Notes: generated from the letters alone by a model not told the origin. Numbered from the whole stretch's first letter, positions 25,762 through 37,855 are shown. The stretch: 62,338 nucleotides of DNA, filler included, from Diploschistes diacapsis (GCA_023645945.1; 8 parts of 8 records of this genome joined end to end with filler, not necessarily neighbours in it); one strand, 5' to 3'. Translations and numbers: made by a program.

Positions 25762-26370
25762 GTTGGAGAAGTAGTGGAGTTGCTGAATTTTGGTGATTCT
25801 GGAGGTGACCTAAATGTTTGTGCGTTTTGCATGAAAGTGGCGGCTGGTTGCCGCGTAAATTCTTAGCGATCTCGATCCGGGAACGCGAGTAATAATCCAT
25901 CAAAATACGCCCTGCGGCCCTTAAATCTAACAGTATGCTATGAGCCGCTAACCCGAAGGGGCTTAACGTTAAAGACTAACTTAAAAGTTTTTAATCTTAT
26001 AATCTTAAGCAGGCGCCAGCCGCGCGTCAGTGTTATAATTTCTGCTATGGTGATCCAACCCGTCTCAAAATATGAAATTTATGCGAGTTATGCACGATTT
26101 TGTATAGGGGTGTTTTACTCAGTGAAGTGATTATCGGCCTATGGCATCAAAATTCAGTATTGAGCCAAACGATCAGCTCCGCTCCGTTATGGCACTGAGT
26201 AACAAGCAATCCAAACTCACTATCTCGAGCCGGGGGAATATGCGATCCAAGCTTCTAGCGCTCAAGCCCCCAAGGCCGAGGAACAATACATGCTATATCA
26301 TCTGTGAACCGGAGTAGACGTCTTATATATATCCACACAAAACGTACAATGCTAGTGCCACCCACGACCT

Positions 26371-26713
26371 TCACCTTCTCAACCAACACGAAACGCTTGC
26401 GCTCTCTAATTGTACAGTCCCCGGCGGGATAGGCTTTCTACCTACTTTCCCGAAGCATCGAACGGAATGCCCAAACTAGCCAAAAGCAGCATCCCATCTC
26501 TATCGTTTGTCGCCGTCGTCGTAAGCGTCACGTCCAGACCCGGTATCATGCCCGGCGGATACCTATGGTTCCAAGGCCGTTAGCGTCTTGACTTCCAAGA
26601 AAACCGTCCCCGCCTTTCACTCTGCTTTACCCCAGCAGCAATGAAAGAAAAACGGATCGGGGCTTAATACTCACGCATCATAATTCACCGCCACCTCCGG
26701 CCACCCCTCCACC
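26371..26713 (-). CDS. MRPL7: 3' part of mitochondrial ribosomal protein uL5m
   Basis: WPEVAVNYDA, intron (GTGAGT..CATAG), YPPGMIPGLDVTLTTTATNDRDGMLLLASLGIPF matches the fungal uL5m C-terminus; exact stop uncertain because a further short intron is possible. Confidence 0.8.
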
Positions 26714-26813
26714 NNNNNNNNNNNNNNNNNNNNNNNNNNNNNNNNNNNNNNNNNNNNTTAATTAATTAANNNNNNNNNNNNNNNNNNNNNNNNNNNNNNN
26801 NNNNNNNNNNNNN

Positions 26814-28924
26814 ATAATAAACTTTGACATATCTTTATTAATAAAGAAAGGAGTTTCCGTAATGTTTGGTTTAGAAGCGGGATATTAATAAAAAAGAATA
26901 TTTATACTCGTCGTCGGTATTAAAACATTTTAGGCCGTATATATTGAAAATAATTCTAGTTTTACATCCGTAAACGGTTTATTCGGTAATAACGGTTTTT
27001 TTTAAATAAACGTTCCTGATTATTCGCTTCCTTCTGAAAATATAGTATCGGGCTGATTACCTGTTTTTGATGGGATTTCAGGTTTAGGATCACGATATGT
27101 CGTTTTTATATTGGTCGTGGTCGAGCAGAGCACCTTGGGAGTCCCTGATACTATTAATGCTTGAAGGGAATTGTAAGCTAATTACGAGAGAAAGAGAGAC
27201 GCGATAGTCCGTGAATAGTCTAACTCTTTACGCTGTTCTATTATTTTCTCTTTATACTCTTTTGATTCCTCTTTAGAATTATAATACCATATTTTCTCTT
27301 GTTCTTTTTGCTGCAAAGCCCCTGGTTTCAACAATATACCAAATTTTCTTTCCTTATTCTTTATATCCGCCTTATTCTTTTGTTGTTCTTCCTTTTTTTT
27401 TTTTTTCTTGTTCTCTGGTTCTCTCGTTCCGATAACATTGGTTCATTTGTTCATTTGTTTTTTATTGTTTTTTTTTAAAACTCGTATTCGATTTTTGTTT
27501 TTTATCGTTCGTATTCGTATCATTCTGTTTAAATTATTTATTCGTATTCGATTTCTTTTTTTTCGTATTCGTATTCGCGTAATTTTAATTAATTTATTTA
27601 ATTTCCGTCCGGTATCGAATAGCTCGAATTAATAATACTTATCGTTTTTAATATCGATAATTTTTAATTTCTAATTCTTTTTTAATATTCTATCTATCCG
27701 CAGCCTAACTTTTTAAATATATTTTAATTAAATTATATTTTTTTATCCTTTTAATATTAGCAGGCCATTTAGGAACAATTAGATATCCCTTTCCTTTCTC
27801 TTTTCATATTCTTATAAATAATATCTTTTTATTATATCTAGAGCTTTTAGATCGTAACCTTTTCCTTACCTTTCGTAAGATGTGAAAGGGTCCTTAGACA
27901 AGTCCTCAGGTTAACCTCTATTATAAACTCAAGACGCGCTGTCTAGAGAGACTTCTCTTGTTGTAGTAGGTAAGTAGTCGCAGGTGATGTAATAAAGAAA
28001 TGTAATATGATCTCGTAGTTAACAGCATACCTAGGTAAGACATTTGTAAAGTGTAGGATGCATTTCTTGTCTAGAGCTACCTAGCAAGCCTCCTTAAATG
28101 GAGCTACCTTGTAGAGACCACCCCCACCAAGTCTGCGGCCTACTTTTATGTTTACAATATTAACGAGTTTAATAATATTAAACTTAAAAAAATAAAATAG
28201 ACACGTACGATTATTTCAAGAAAAGGCCGAAACGTTCGCGGAAAGATTTTATTTAAAATCTATAGCCGATATATCAGACATCAAAAACCCGGAAAAACTA
28301 CGTCTCCGCCCCGTCGAAATACCGAAAAAAACTTTAATAATATTAAAAGAAATAAAAAATTTTGCTCGAAATTAAATAACACACGACGTCGAAGCTCGAT
28401 AAATTTCCGATTTTCTTTTTAAAAACGATAAAAAAAAGGTAATATATCGTCGCGATATCGCTAACGAACGTTTATTAAAAAACGGACTATTTTACGGAAT
28501 CGTTCCGGACGATAAAAATAATAATCTTATATAAATCGAAGAAAGAATAATACGACGAATCGAAAATATAACGCCCGATTATTTTATTTAATACGATAAA
28601 TAAAATAATCGAAAAAACATACGTAAATCGGATAAAAGACGTAACCGAAAAAAAAGAATTCTTTTTCCGCATCTAGATGGGCGGCCGAAGAGGCCGTTCG
28701 ATAAAAATAACGATAAAATTATTAATAAAATAAATTTATATTATCTAAAACACGAGATCGAGAAAAAATATAACAACGCTATTATCGTTAAATATCGCCG
28801 AGATATTTAATACGATAAATTATATCCGGTTCTTAAATGTATTACGAACGAAAGAACTTTCCAAATAAATAATACATTAAATAATAGTTTTTTTATAAGA
28901 ATAACGGATCACGTTATGTTTTTA
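26814..28924. mobile_element. Heavily RIP-degraded repeat relic(s)
   Basis: Very AT-rich, TpA-rich, surviving C/G mostly in CpG, no intact ORF; family not identifiable by eye. Confidence 0.7.
27881..28156. mobile_element. Probable LTR nested in the RIP relic
   Basis: GC-richer island bounded by TGTGAA...TTTACA; flanking 5-mers do not match, so no TSD support. Confidence 0.4.
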
Positions 28925-29026
28925 NNNNNNNNNNNNNNNNNNNNNNNNNNNNNNNNNNNNNNNNNNNNTTAATTAATTAANNNNNNNNNNNNNNNNNNNN
29001 NNNNNNNNNNNNNNNNNNNNNNNNAT

Positions 29027-29596
29027 TGTAACAGCGGGGGGAAGTGCCTAATAGGTAGCGCTATCCCACTGAGCCAAAAGACTAACCACAATGCTTTCAG
29101 GAACCCCGAAGCACTGTTTCCCTATTACACTATATGTAGGTGCGTGGCTGTGGCAGTAGGCGGCAAATGTGTAACCCCGCAGGCCTTACAACTATCTCCC
29201 CTCCCCACAGTGCTGGCCCCCAGCACCTGCCACGTCTCATATAACGCCCCGGATATGTTAGATACCCTAAGCCGTTTGTCGCAACTATCTATAATAACTC
29301 AAAGGCCCTTAAACATGTTCATTACGCTCCCGAACAGATCCACATCTATAAACAACAATAGTGCGCAATTAATTCGACCCATAGATGACAAAACTATGCT
29401 CGAACCAACGACCTAAGAACTAAAAGCATAACTATAACAGCGGGGGGAAGTGCCTAATAAGTAACGCTATCCCACTGAACCAAAAAACTAACCACAATGC
29501 TTTCAGGAACCCCGAAGCACTATTTCCCTATTACACTATATGTAGGTACGTGGCTGTGGCAGTAGGCGGCAGATGTGTAACCCCGCAGGCCTTACA
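29027..29596 (-). mobile_element. TRIM-like non-autonomous LTR retroelement (two 164-bp LTRs, 242-bp internal region)
   Basis: Direct repeats 29027-29190 (TGTAA..TTACA) and 29433-29596 differing by 8 G/A transitions; minus-strand polypurine tract GGGGAGGGGGAGA next to the left LTR; right flank AGAAT agrees with the visible AT of the left flank. Confidence 0.85.
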
Positions 29597-29699
29597 AGAA
29601 TTAACTGACCCTATTGGGAAAGAATAGAATCCCGATAATTAGTTTAATATACCGCAGACGCCGGTAATGCTAAAAGATTGGCGTCTATATCTTTTAAAT

Positions 29700-31135
29700 A
29701 TGGATGCTCGATAAAAAGAATAATAAATATTATTATAACAATAGACCGAAACTAATCAACTATTAATAAAACGAATATATTAATTTAATATTAATCAGAA
29801 TCGATCAAAACCGATTCAAGAAAATACGAGTCGAATAACCTCGGATCGAAATCTCAATTATATAGAAATTAAATTTTCTATACGACCTACGTTTAGGATA
29901 CTTAATCTACTTAAATACGATAATTCTAAAAAAAACGATACGTGCGATAGATAAATACTATAAATCAAACGGTATTTAATTATTATAAAAAATCTTTATA
30001 CCTTTAAGTTTCGCGTCGATTAAAAGATAAGCATTATTATTATAAACCTTAAAAGCGACGCCGCTATATACGTTACGAATCTTATAAAATCTAATAAATT
30101 TAATTATACTTCAACAAAAACTATTAAAAAATTATTTCAATTACTCCAATAAAACTTCGTCGAATCAAATATTAAAGAAAAAAAATAGGATCGTTAAAAT
30201 CATCTTCGCCAAATAAAAGATATACGAGATCTTATTACAATTATATAAAATCTAATAACAATCCTCGATCCTTATTCGGATAATTTTATTATCCGACGTC
30301 GATTCTTTTCGACTTTATAAAAACAGATTCGAAACAAATTAATTCAACGCGATATTAACGTTAATAATATTAATTCGAATAAACTAATCGAAGCGACCGA
30401 TCGAATTAATATAACGTTTCATAAATTAAAAAGTTCCGACTCGCTTAACGTCGTTTAAATTCGATCAAATTTTAATTTAAAAAATTCGTCGCCTAATTTT
30501 CTTATAATCATTCGTGCTATTCTATCGAAAAAGTTAGACACGAAAACTTTTAAAAAGTGGTGTCAAGACAATAAAGCTTGCTTTCATTATAATAAAAAAA
30601 ACCACACAATCGCAAAATATAGATCTCGAAAGTCATCTAATCTATCCGACGCGAATAAAAACTCTTCGAAGAAGAAAAAAACTAATTAATCCGATTCGGA
30701 AAACTAGACATCGCGGCTTATAATAAAGCGATAACCCGCGATTTATCAAAAACTTCATCTATTCTCTTTTTTAAACTACGCCAAATAAAGCTTAAAAATA
30801 CATTATTAGACTAATATCGACGCATTTCGAAACTTATAGACCGTAAAAAAATATTTGGTTTCTTATAAGTTCTAAACGACGAAAATTATCAGATACCGAC
30901 CTATTTAAATCTTAATAAAACACGACTAAACGTTCAACTATTAATAGATTTAAGAATAAATATTTACTATATATTTAAAAAAATCGCAAAAAGAATTAAT
31001 AAAAATTATTAGAAACAAATAATTTTTATCGATATAAATACGCCTAATAAACCAATTTAATCGACGGCAACCCTTACGATTCTAATAATTATAAAAAAAT
31101 TTCGAACGATATTTACGGCTCGGATAATACTTTTT
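29700..31135 (+). mobile_element. RIP-degraded LTR retrotransposon gag/protease relic
   Basis: Near 30550-30625 reads FKKWCQDNKACFHYNKKNHTIAKY (eroded CX2CX4HX4C knuckle); near 30932 VQLLIDLR resembles an eroded aspartic protease LIDSG motif; boundaries approximate. Confidence 0.6.
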
Positions 31136-31456
31136 NNNNNNNNNNNNNNNNNNNNNNNNNNNNNNNNNNNNNNNNNNNNTTAATTAATTAANNNNNNNNN
31201 NNNNNNNNNNNNNNNNNNNNNNNNNNNNNNNNNNNTTTAAAGATAGTAAGAACGTCTTCGCTCCTAGACATGATAATGAAGTTTCTATAAAAATAAAATT
31301 AATAATTAACGAGAATAAAAAAAATTAAAAAGATAAAAAAAATTAAACCTTTATATTAAACCCACGCTAACAATAAATTAATAATAATAATATATCAAAA
31401 TATTAACGACTCGCCGTCGACGCGCTAATTAAAAATTAATAAATATTGATAAAATT

Positions 31457-31858
31457 TGAGACAGCCCAGCCCAGGGGCCTGCCAAGCTGGGCTTGCCAAG
31501 CCACGGCAGGGTTAGTGCCCAGGGGCTTGCCAAGCCACGGCAGGGTTAGTGCCCAGGTGCTTGCCAAGCCACGGCAGGGTTAATGCCCAGGTGCTTGCCA
31601 AGCCACGGCAGGGTTAATGCCCAGGTGCTTGCCAAGACACGGTAGGGTCAGGAGGTGGCTGTGTAGATGGGTAATCCCCGAACCCCGGTAAATCTGATAT
31701 TCACATTACTTAACGGTGCCCTCCTCTTATCTAGATAGTTTCTTCTTTAGCTTTTCGAATCGAGATGTTTTACCTATAGATGTTTAAATTACATCTAATC
31801 CTTCCGAATTAGGCCCAGCCTCCGATAAAATAACAACTTTTTTTACGTTAGCGTTTTA
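31457..31858. mobile_element. LTR copy with internal 34-bp tandem array, partly RIP-mutated
   Basis: TGAGAC...GCGTTTTA; reverse-complement homologue of 32099-32451; flanks do not form a TSD. Confidence 0.8.
31491..31650. repeat. 34-bp GC-rich minisatellite, about 4.7 copies
   Basis: Unit GCTTGCCAAGCCACGGCAGGGTTAGTGCCCAGGG starting at 31491, 31525, 31559, 31593, 31627; about 3.7 inverted copies near 32305-32440. Confidence 0.95.
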
Positions 31859-32098
31859 TATTCGAAAAGTTTATTTTATTTTTATATTCATAACGAAAGT
31901 TTAAAACGTTAATCGAACTCGAAAGTATTATCCGCCGATTTATTATAAGATATATTTCTGTCGTGAAAAGATTAATATCCGAAGCTATATATTTTATAAA
32001 TATTCTATCGTTAATTAATAACTTTAACTCGGATGGATCTACTTATATTTCTAGAATAATTAAGTTTAAAAGCTCTCGTAAACGAAATCTATAAAGGA

Positions 32099-32451
32099 TG
32101 AAACGCCAGCGCAGGAAAGGATGCTACTCTACCGGGGGCTGGGCCTGATCCGGAAGGATTAGGTGTAGCTAGGCATCTGCAGGTAAAAGGTCTCGATTCG
32201 AAAAGCTGAAGAAGAAACTATCTAAGTGGGAGGAGGGCACCGTTAAGTAATGTGGGTGCCAGACCTACCGGGGTTCGGGGATTACCCATCTACACAGCCA
32301 CCCCCTGACCCTGCCGTGTCTTGGCAAGCACCTGGGCATTGACCCTGCCGTGGCTTGGCAAGCCTCTGGGCACTAACCCTGCCGTGGCTTGGCAAGCCCC
32401 TGGGCACTAACCCTGCCGTGGCTTGGCAGGCCCCTGGGCTGGGCTGTCTCA
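32099..32451. mobile_element. Solo LTR with 5-bp TSD
   Basis: TGAAAC...GTCTCA flanked by AAGGA at 32094-32098 and 32452-32456. Confidence 0.9.
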
Positions 32452-32456
32452 AAGGA

Positions 32457-33345
32457 TTTCAAAAGGGCTTAATCGGGTGATGTTGAGATTTATAAAATTA
32501 TTAATGGCGAATTAAATGCGAATAAGTTCGGGAATCTAATTACGCTCGTTCTGAAACTAATTAATATAGTATCTTAATATAATTTCGATTATCTAATTAA
32601 TATGTTCGGACATGTCATCCGTTTAAAAATAATAAGCAATAAAAGCGAATCTTGTGATATCTAATTTGTCGAAGATTGTTTTCTATAATCAGATATAAAC
32701 TTCAGATTTCGATCTAATATAACGACCCGCGGCAACCCTTAGTTAATTAATTTCAGGCGGTTGATTAATGCTGTCGCCTAAGCGCTTACTAATTAGCTCT
32801 TTTTACCTGATATGAATGATATTGCCTTAATGAACTAGTTAATAACGGATATAATGGAATCGTAATTTTCGATTATAGTTTTCGACAAAACTAGTATAAA
32901 ATCCATAATAAATATATAGAATGATCTAATAGGCGACGGGATAAATTATAAATATCCATAAAGTCTATACCTCGGTGTTCTATTCGCCTGATAATAAGAA
33001 TAATATCGGATATACTCACGAAGCTTCTTCGCTAGATCTTAGATATAAAATTATTTTATTAATCTTTTATGCGAGCGCGCGTAGTCGAAATACCCATTCG
33101 TATCATAAACTTATATAAAGAATCTTTGTTTTAATGTTTTAAATACGTAAAGTCGGTACCCAGCTTCCGGGTCGGCGAAGTAAAAGATTCCGTCTATTAA
33201 TTTGAAGAAAAGCCTTACGGTATCTTTTTTAAGATCCCGATTCTCTTGTACTTTCGCCAAAACTTTTTATTATCTGGATTCTTCGTATCCGGTTCGAAGA
33301 AGATCCTTCAAATCTTATGACATACGGATAATTATAATTAAATAA
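32457..33345 (-). mobile_element. RIP-degraded Ty3/gypsy integrase region
   Basis: Minus strand near 33110-32930 reads YDTNGYFDYARSHKR..LAKKLREYIRYYSYYQANRTPRYRLYG, an eroded HHCC zinc-binding segment showing RIP-type H>Y and C>Y changes. Confidence 0.65.
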
Positions 33346-33445
33346 NNNNNNNNNNNNNNNNNNNNNNNNNNNNNNNNNNNNNNNNNNNNTTAATTAATTA
33401 ANNNNNNNNNNNNNNNNNNNNNNNNNNNNNNNNNNNNNNNNNNNN

Positions 33446-34638
33446 TGCGAGAAGGAATAGCGTTTCCGCGGTGTGCTGGAGGGGTAGGAGAGGAGAAGGG
33501 TGGAGGTGAGGGAGAGCGAGCTGCTGCGCGGCTCGGAAGGGGAAGATGTGAGGGGGCTAACTTCGAGGGGCTCCGGGATCGAGGAGATAGAGTTCCTGGA
33601 GGGGCCGTGCTGAGATTTGGAGGGGATTCCTGTTGAGGACTTTGGTAGGGTTGGGTTGGACGACCTGTTCCTCGTTGGTGGTGGAATGCCGATAACGGGC
33701 TCGGGGGGTAGTGCTTTCCTCCTTAGAGGATCCAGGAGGGCTGTGAGCTCTTTGCGCGTTGCGTTTCGGTCTCGGGTCGCTTGATGAGGCGGGCCAGTGG
33801 ATAATGGCCTCAGATTCTCCCTAGCCGCTAGAGAACTTGACGATGGAGGCCGCATTGTTGCCTTGTGTGGCGCTTCGCTAGGCTGTCGTATCGTGCTTGC
33901 ATAGCTGTCAACCGATAATCTAGACGAAAGTTTTTCTAGCTGGCTGTACACGGGCGCGTTGGATTGCTCGTACACTGTCGATTTCCGCAGTGCCTTGGGA
34001 ACGGGATTGGCATGTGCTCCATTGGATTCTTTCAAGAGCTCATGGTAGGCAAGATTCACTGACGCGTCTATCGGTAGGCGTGATTCAAGTTTGGTTAGAC
34101 CTTCATTTGAGGGTTTCGTTTGCCAGTCCGGTCGTCCGGGTAGAACAGGCGGTGGCTTCCTTCCGAGACTCGTATTGCTCGGATATTTACTGATATTTCT
34201 CAAGTTGTGAGTAGAAGATGGAGCGGCTGAGCGAGGAATATATATCTGCGTTTGCTTTGAAGCCGCCGACTGTCGCGAAGAGGCGCGATCCACGGACAAG
34301 CCAGACACCGTAACGGCCAAGGGTTTCTGCTGCGCAAGCTGAGGTTGGGCGCCTGCAGAAACTCTTCTGGATGCTTTACGAAGGACGGTGATGTTTTCCG
34401 ATGAAAAGTCGTTTATTGCACCGGATCCCATTCTCTGATCATTCCCCATCGACTGCTGTTTCTTTGAAGTGTCAGAGCTCGAAATTTGAGAAACGCTGGG
34501 CTCTCGAGCATTGTCGTGCTCAGATTGCCCCCTGCTCATCCCTGTGTTAATCGGCGCTGGCACCTGCAAAGATGACCTCTTTCTTTGAAAAAAGGAAGCA
34601 GTAGAATATCGATTCTGAGGCATCTTGAGCCGCAGCAT
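33446..34638 (-). CDS. Hypothetical Ser/Pro-rich protein, truncated at contig end
   Basis: Open frame of about 400 codons, low complexity, no recognisable domain; true start may lie upstream. Confidence 0.55.
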
Positions 34639-35651
34639 TCACTGACATCAGATACGCGGATTCCCTCGCTGAACCGTGCCTCTGAGAGGTATCCACAGTT
34701 TGTTAGATTACCCTAACGAGTTGTAGAATTGAAGGTTGAAGGATCCGATGAGTGGCCCGGCTAACGTAAAGGTAGACAACCAAACCTGTTACAGAGGGGA
34801 AATGTCGTGTCACCACCTTACCGTGACACATAGAGCTCCGAGGCCACATTATTTTGTCAATTTGGAAAGAGAAACATCTGAGAAACGCGCTTACCTTTCA
34901 TGGCGGAAGATCCAACGCAGATGAAAATATGGTAGAGTACTTTTATAGGGGGGGCGGACGGTCAGTCGTGGGAGCGACGTTCTAGTTCCGGGGCTTTGAA
35001 CCTGATTCTCAATATTAGGGACTGAAGTCAAATATGTTCAGGCTTTCTTGTTTTGTTTTTTTTTTGAAATAGAAGGCCGGCCAGTTTGCTCGTCTCCCAT
35101 ACAGCGATCTCCTCCTCAAAGTCTTTTGCTTCTTTTACCCGTCTTATTCTGTCGTAAAACTTGGGTAGATTCGGATGTAGTTGTGGAGACGAAGGGGCAT
35201 GCAGTACTTTTTAGGTTTCCATCAAAGCGGGAAATGGACTTGCAGCCTCGTTGATGGCCAATTCTGTTCCTCATGGTAGATCACGTACTACAGGGGTCAT
35301 ACCAAGCCCCAAACACTGCAACAGCAATCACGAGCAAGCCTGGGTTGAGAACGTTCACTATATACACTGCAAATCGATAGTATATACATTCTCAAACAGC
35401 CTTTGCAGGCAGCTTTCCTTGCGGTCCAATATCTAATGCACTTGTCATCCCTATTCATGCAACTTGCCATCAGATGCATTCGTTGACAGCAGATCGTGAA
35501 ATGAAAAAGTACTCTAGCCTCTCCAATATACAATGCAGGGGAGTAGCGTCTNNNNNNNNNNNNNNNNNNNNNNNNNNNNNNNNNNNNNNNNNNNNTTAAT
35601 TAATTAANNNNNNNNNNNNNNNNNNNNNNNNNNNNNNNNNNNNNNNNNNNN

Positions 35652-37753
35652 AGGGAATACGCGACGCTTAAGATCCGAAAAACTTTTTTATCGTTCACGG
35701 AAAAGAAGTTATCGCGATCGAAATACAAGTTTCTAATAAAGTTTTAATACGTATAATGACCCCGTATATATATCTTATTATATATATTATACGAAAGGAT
35801 ATTACGCGAGTGAATATTTTTACAATAACAATTTAATCATTATCTTAATTATTAACGTAAAAATAATAAGAAAATTAGAAACTATCGAAGTCGATATCAA
35901 AATCCGAAAAGATTAATCTGATTTCGTTAAAAATAGGATCTATCGTTGAAATAATAAGATTACTCGATAATCATAAACCTATAACTATTAAGCTTGACCT
36001 CGACACGAAAATATAATATAACTTCATTAATAAGAAGTTCACAGTCGAAAATCAGTTAACTCGCTTGCCTAATGTAGAATTATGAATTCCAAAATAGGTC
36101 AATGATTTAAAAATATATTATTACGAAGTATACGAATTGACAATACACCTGACGGTGAAACATCCTGAACGTTTGTGGGTTCAAGGGTTGAACCCCGTAG
36201 GGAGGTAGGGCTGGCACCCATATTATTTATTTGTGCCCTCCTCCCACCTAGATAGTTCCTTCTTCTTTACCTTTTCGAATCTGAACCATTCAGCCTACAG
36301 ATGCCCAGTTACACGTAATCCTTCCGGATCAGGCTCAGCCCCCGGTAGTGTAGCATCTATTCCTGTAGGGGCGTTCTAGACGGACTGTTTAGGTACTTAT
36401 GGTACTATCACGGGTATCTATTATGCTATTAATAAAATAGGAAACCCGCTTCTATTAGACTCCCTAGGGCTAGCAAAGGGATCTATGTTAGTTGACTGCG
36501 AAGAGCAGGCTTGGAGATATCGAATTAATCTTAAAAAGCATGAAGTTTTTAACCCTATAGAATTTTTTAAAACTAGTTTAAAAAGAGATTAGCGTATTTG
36601 TATTAATAATAAACGAGGTCGAAAATCCATATATCTAAAAAAGACGGGAAGTTAAATTAGGCAGCGTTGGAGAAAGCACGTTTTTTATTATACTTATAAG
36701 ATTTTAAAGACGTGTTCGATAATAAAAAAGTTGTTGCGCTATTATTTCATCGATATATCGATTATGTTATTAAATTAAAAAATGAATTATCGTATAGACC
36801 TTTATATAATTTATCGATAAAAAAATTGTAGAAATTACGAGAATATCTTAATAAAGTTTTATAAAATGAATAAATTAAATCATTAATTAGTTTTATAAAA
36901 GCACCGATCCTATTCGTGTTAAAAAAGGATAATGATTTACGTCTTTGTGTCGATTATAGGGGTTTGAACAAGATTATTAAAAAGAATAGGTACCCCTTTC
37001 TTTTAATAAGTGAGACCCTTGATCGTCTCAGCGGTGCAAAGATATTTTTAAAAGTAGATCTGAAGAATGCCTACTATCGGATTCGCATCAAGGCAGGAGA
37101 TGAGTAGAAGACTGCTTTTCGTACTCGATATGGCCACTTCGAATACCAGGTAATGCCATTTGGGCTCGCCAATGCTCCCGCTACTTTTCAAGCCTATATC
37201 AAAAGGACATTTTGGAGCAGAACGAACCCTTGATCTCTTAAAGAGGAACTTTCATTGGAAAGGCATGCGACAAACAGTCGAGGAATATGTTGCCAGCTAC
37301 GATATATGCCAAAGAGTCAAAGTTTATCGATATAAAACCTATGGTAGTTTCAGTTCTCTACCCGTTCCAAAGGATATCTGGAAGGAATTAACTATGGATT
37401 TTATTACCGGTGTTCCGCCGGGTCGTCATAACGGGAAAGCTGTCGACGCGATCATAATAATCGTAGATAGGTACTTTAAAATAATAAAATATTTTAATAT
37501 GTCAAAAACATTAATAATAGTTAAATTAATAATATTATTTATATAAGAAATCGTGTATAAATATGGTGTATCTAAGGGTATCGTGTTGGATAAAAGATTG
37601 TTATTTATAAGCGCGTATTAGAACGAGATCTGTTATTAAATAAAAATTAAGTAAAAATTAAGCATTATTTTTTATCTTTAGACTGATGATTAGATTAAAC
37701 GGCAGAATTAAACGCTTGAGCATTACTTGCGAGTATATTATATAGAACAGTAG
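35652..37753 (+). mobile_element. Ty3/gypsy pol relic (RT and integrase) with RIP damage and internal deletion
   Basis: [75 protein letters not shown] abuts integrase [35 protein letters not shown]. Confidence 0.95.
36156..36378. mobile_element. Solo LTR inserted in the gypsy pol relic, with 5-bp TSD
   Basis: TGAAAC...GTTCTA flanked by GACGG at 36151-36155 and 36379-36383; shares GTGCCCTCCTC..AGATAGTT..CTTTTCGAATC..TAATCCTTCCG core with the LTRs at 31457 and 32099. Confidence 0.88.
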
Positions 37754-37855
37754 NNNNNNNNNNNNNNNNNNNNNNNNNNNNNNNNNNNNNNNNNNNNTTA
37801 ATTAATTAANNNNNNNNNNNNNNNNNNNNNNNNNNNNNNNNNNNNNNNNNNNNTT

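Larger units (their letters stand above)
24502..37853. other. Seven artificial 100-nt linkers (N44-TTAATTAATTAA-N44) joining short contigs
   Basis: Linkers at 24502-24601, 26714-26813, 28925-29024, 31136-31235, 33346-33445, 35552-35651, 37754-37853; the 12-mer puts stops in all six frames. Confidence 0.97.

Noticed and set aside
27408..28672. Phe/Ile-rich short ORFs as membrane proteins
   Set aside because: By-products of AT-rich RIP sequence
28157..28924. Tc1/mariner transposase assignment
   Set aside because: Too RIP-eroded to read DDE motifs or TIRs reliably
31491..31650. 34-bp repeats as a CRISPR array
   Set aside because: Units are contiguous with no unique spacers, lie inside LTRs, and the genome is eukaryotic
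31457..32451. Single MITE/foldback element with long TIRs
   Set aside because: The right arm has its own 5-bp TSD and TG..CA ends, and a related solo copy exists at 36156; outer flanks do not match
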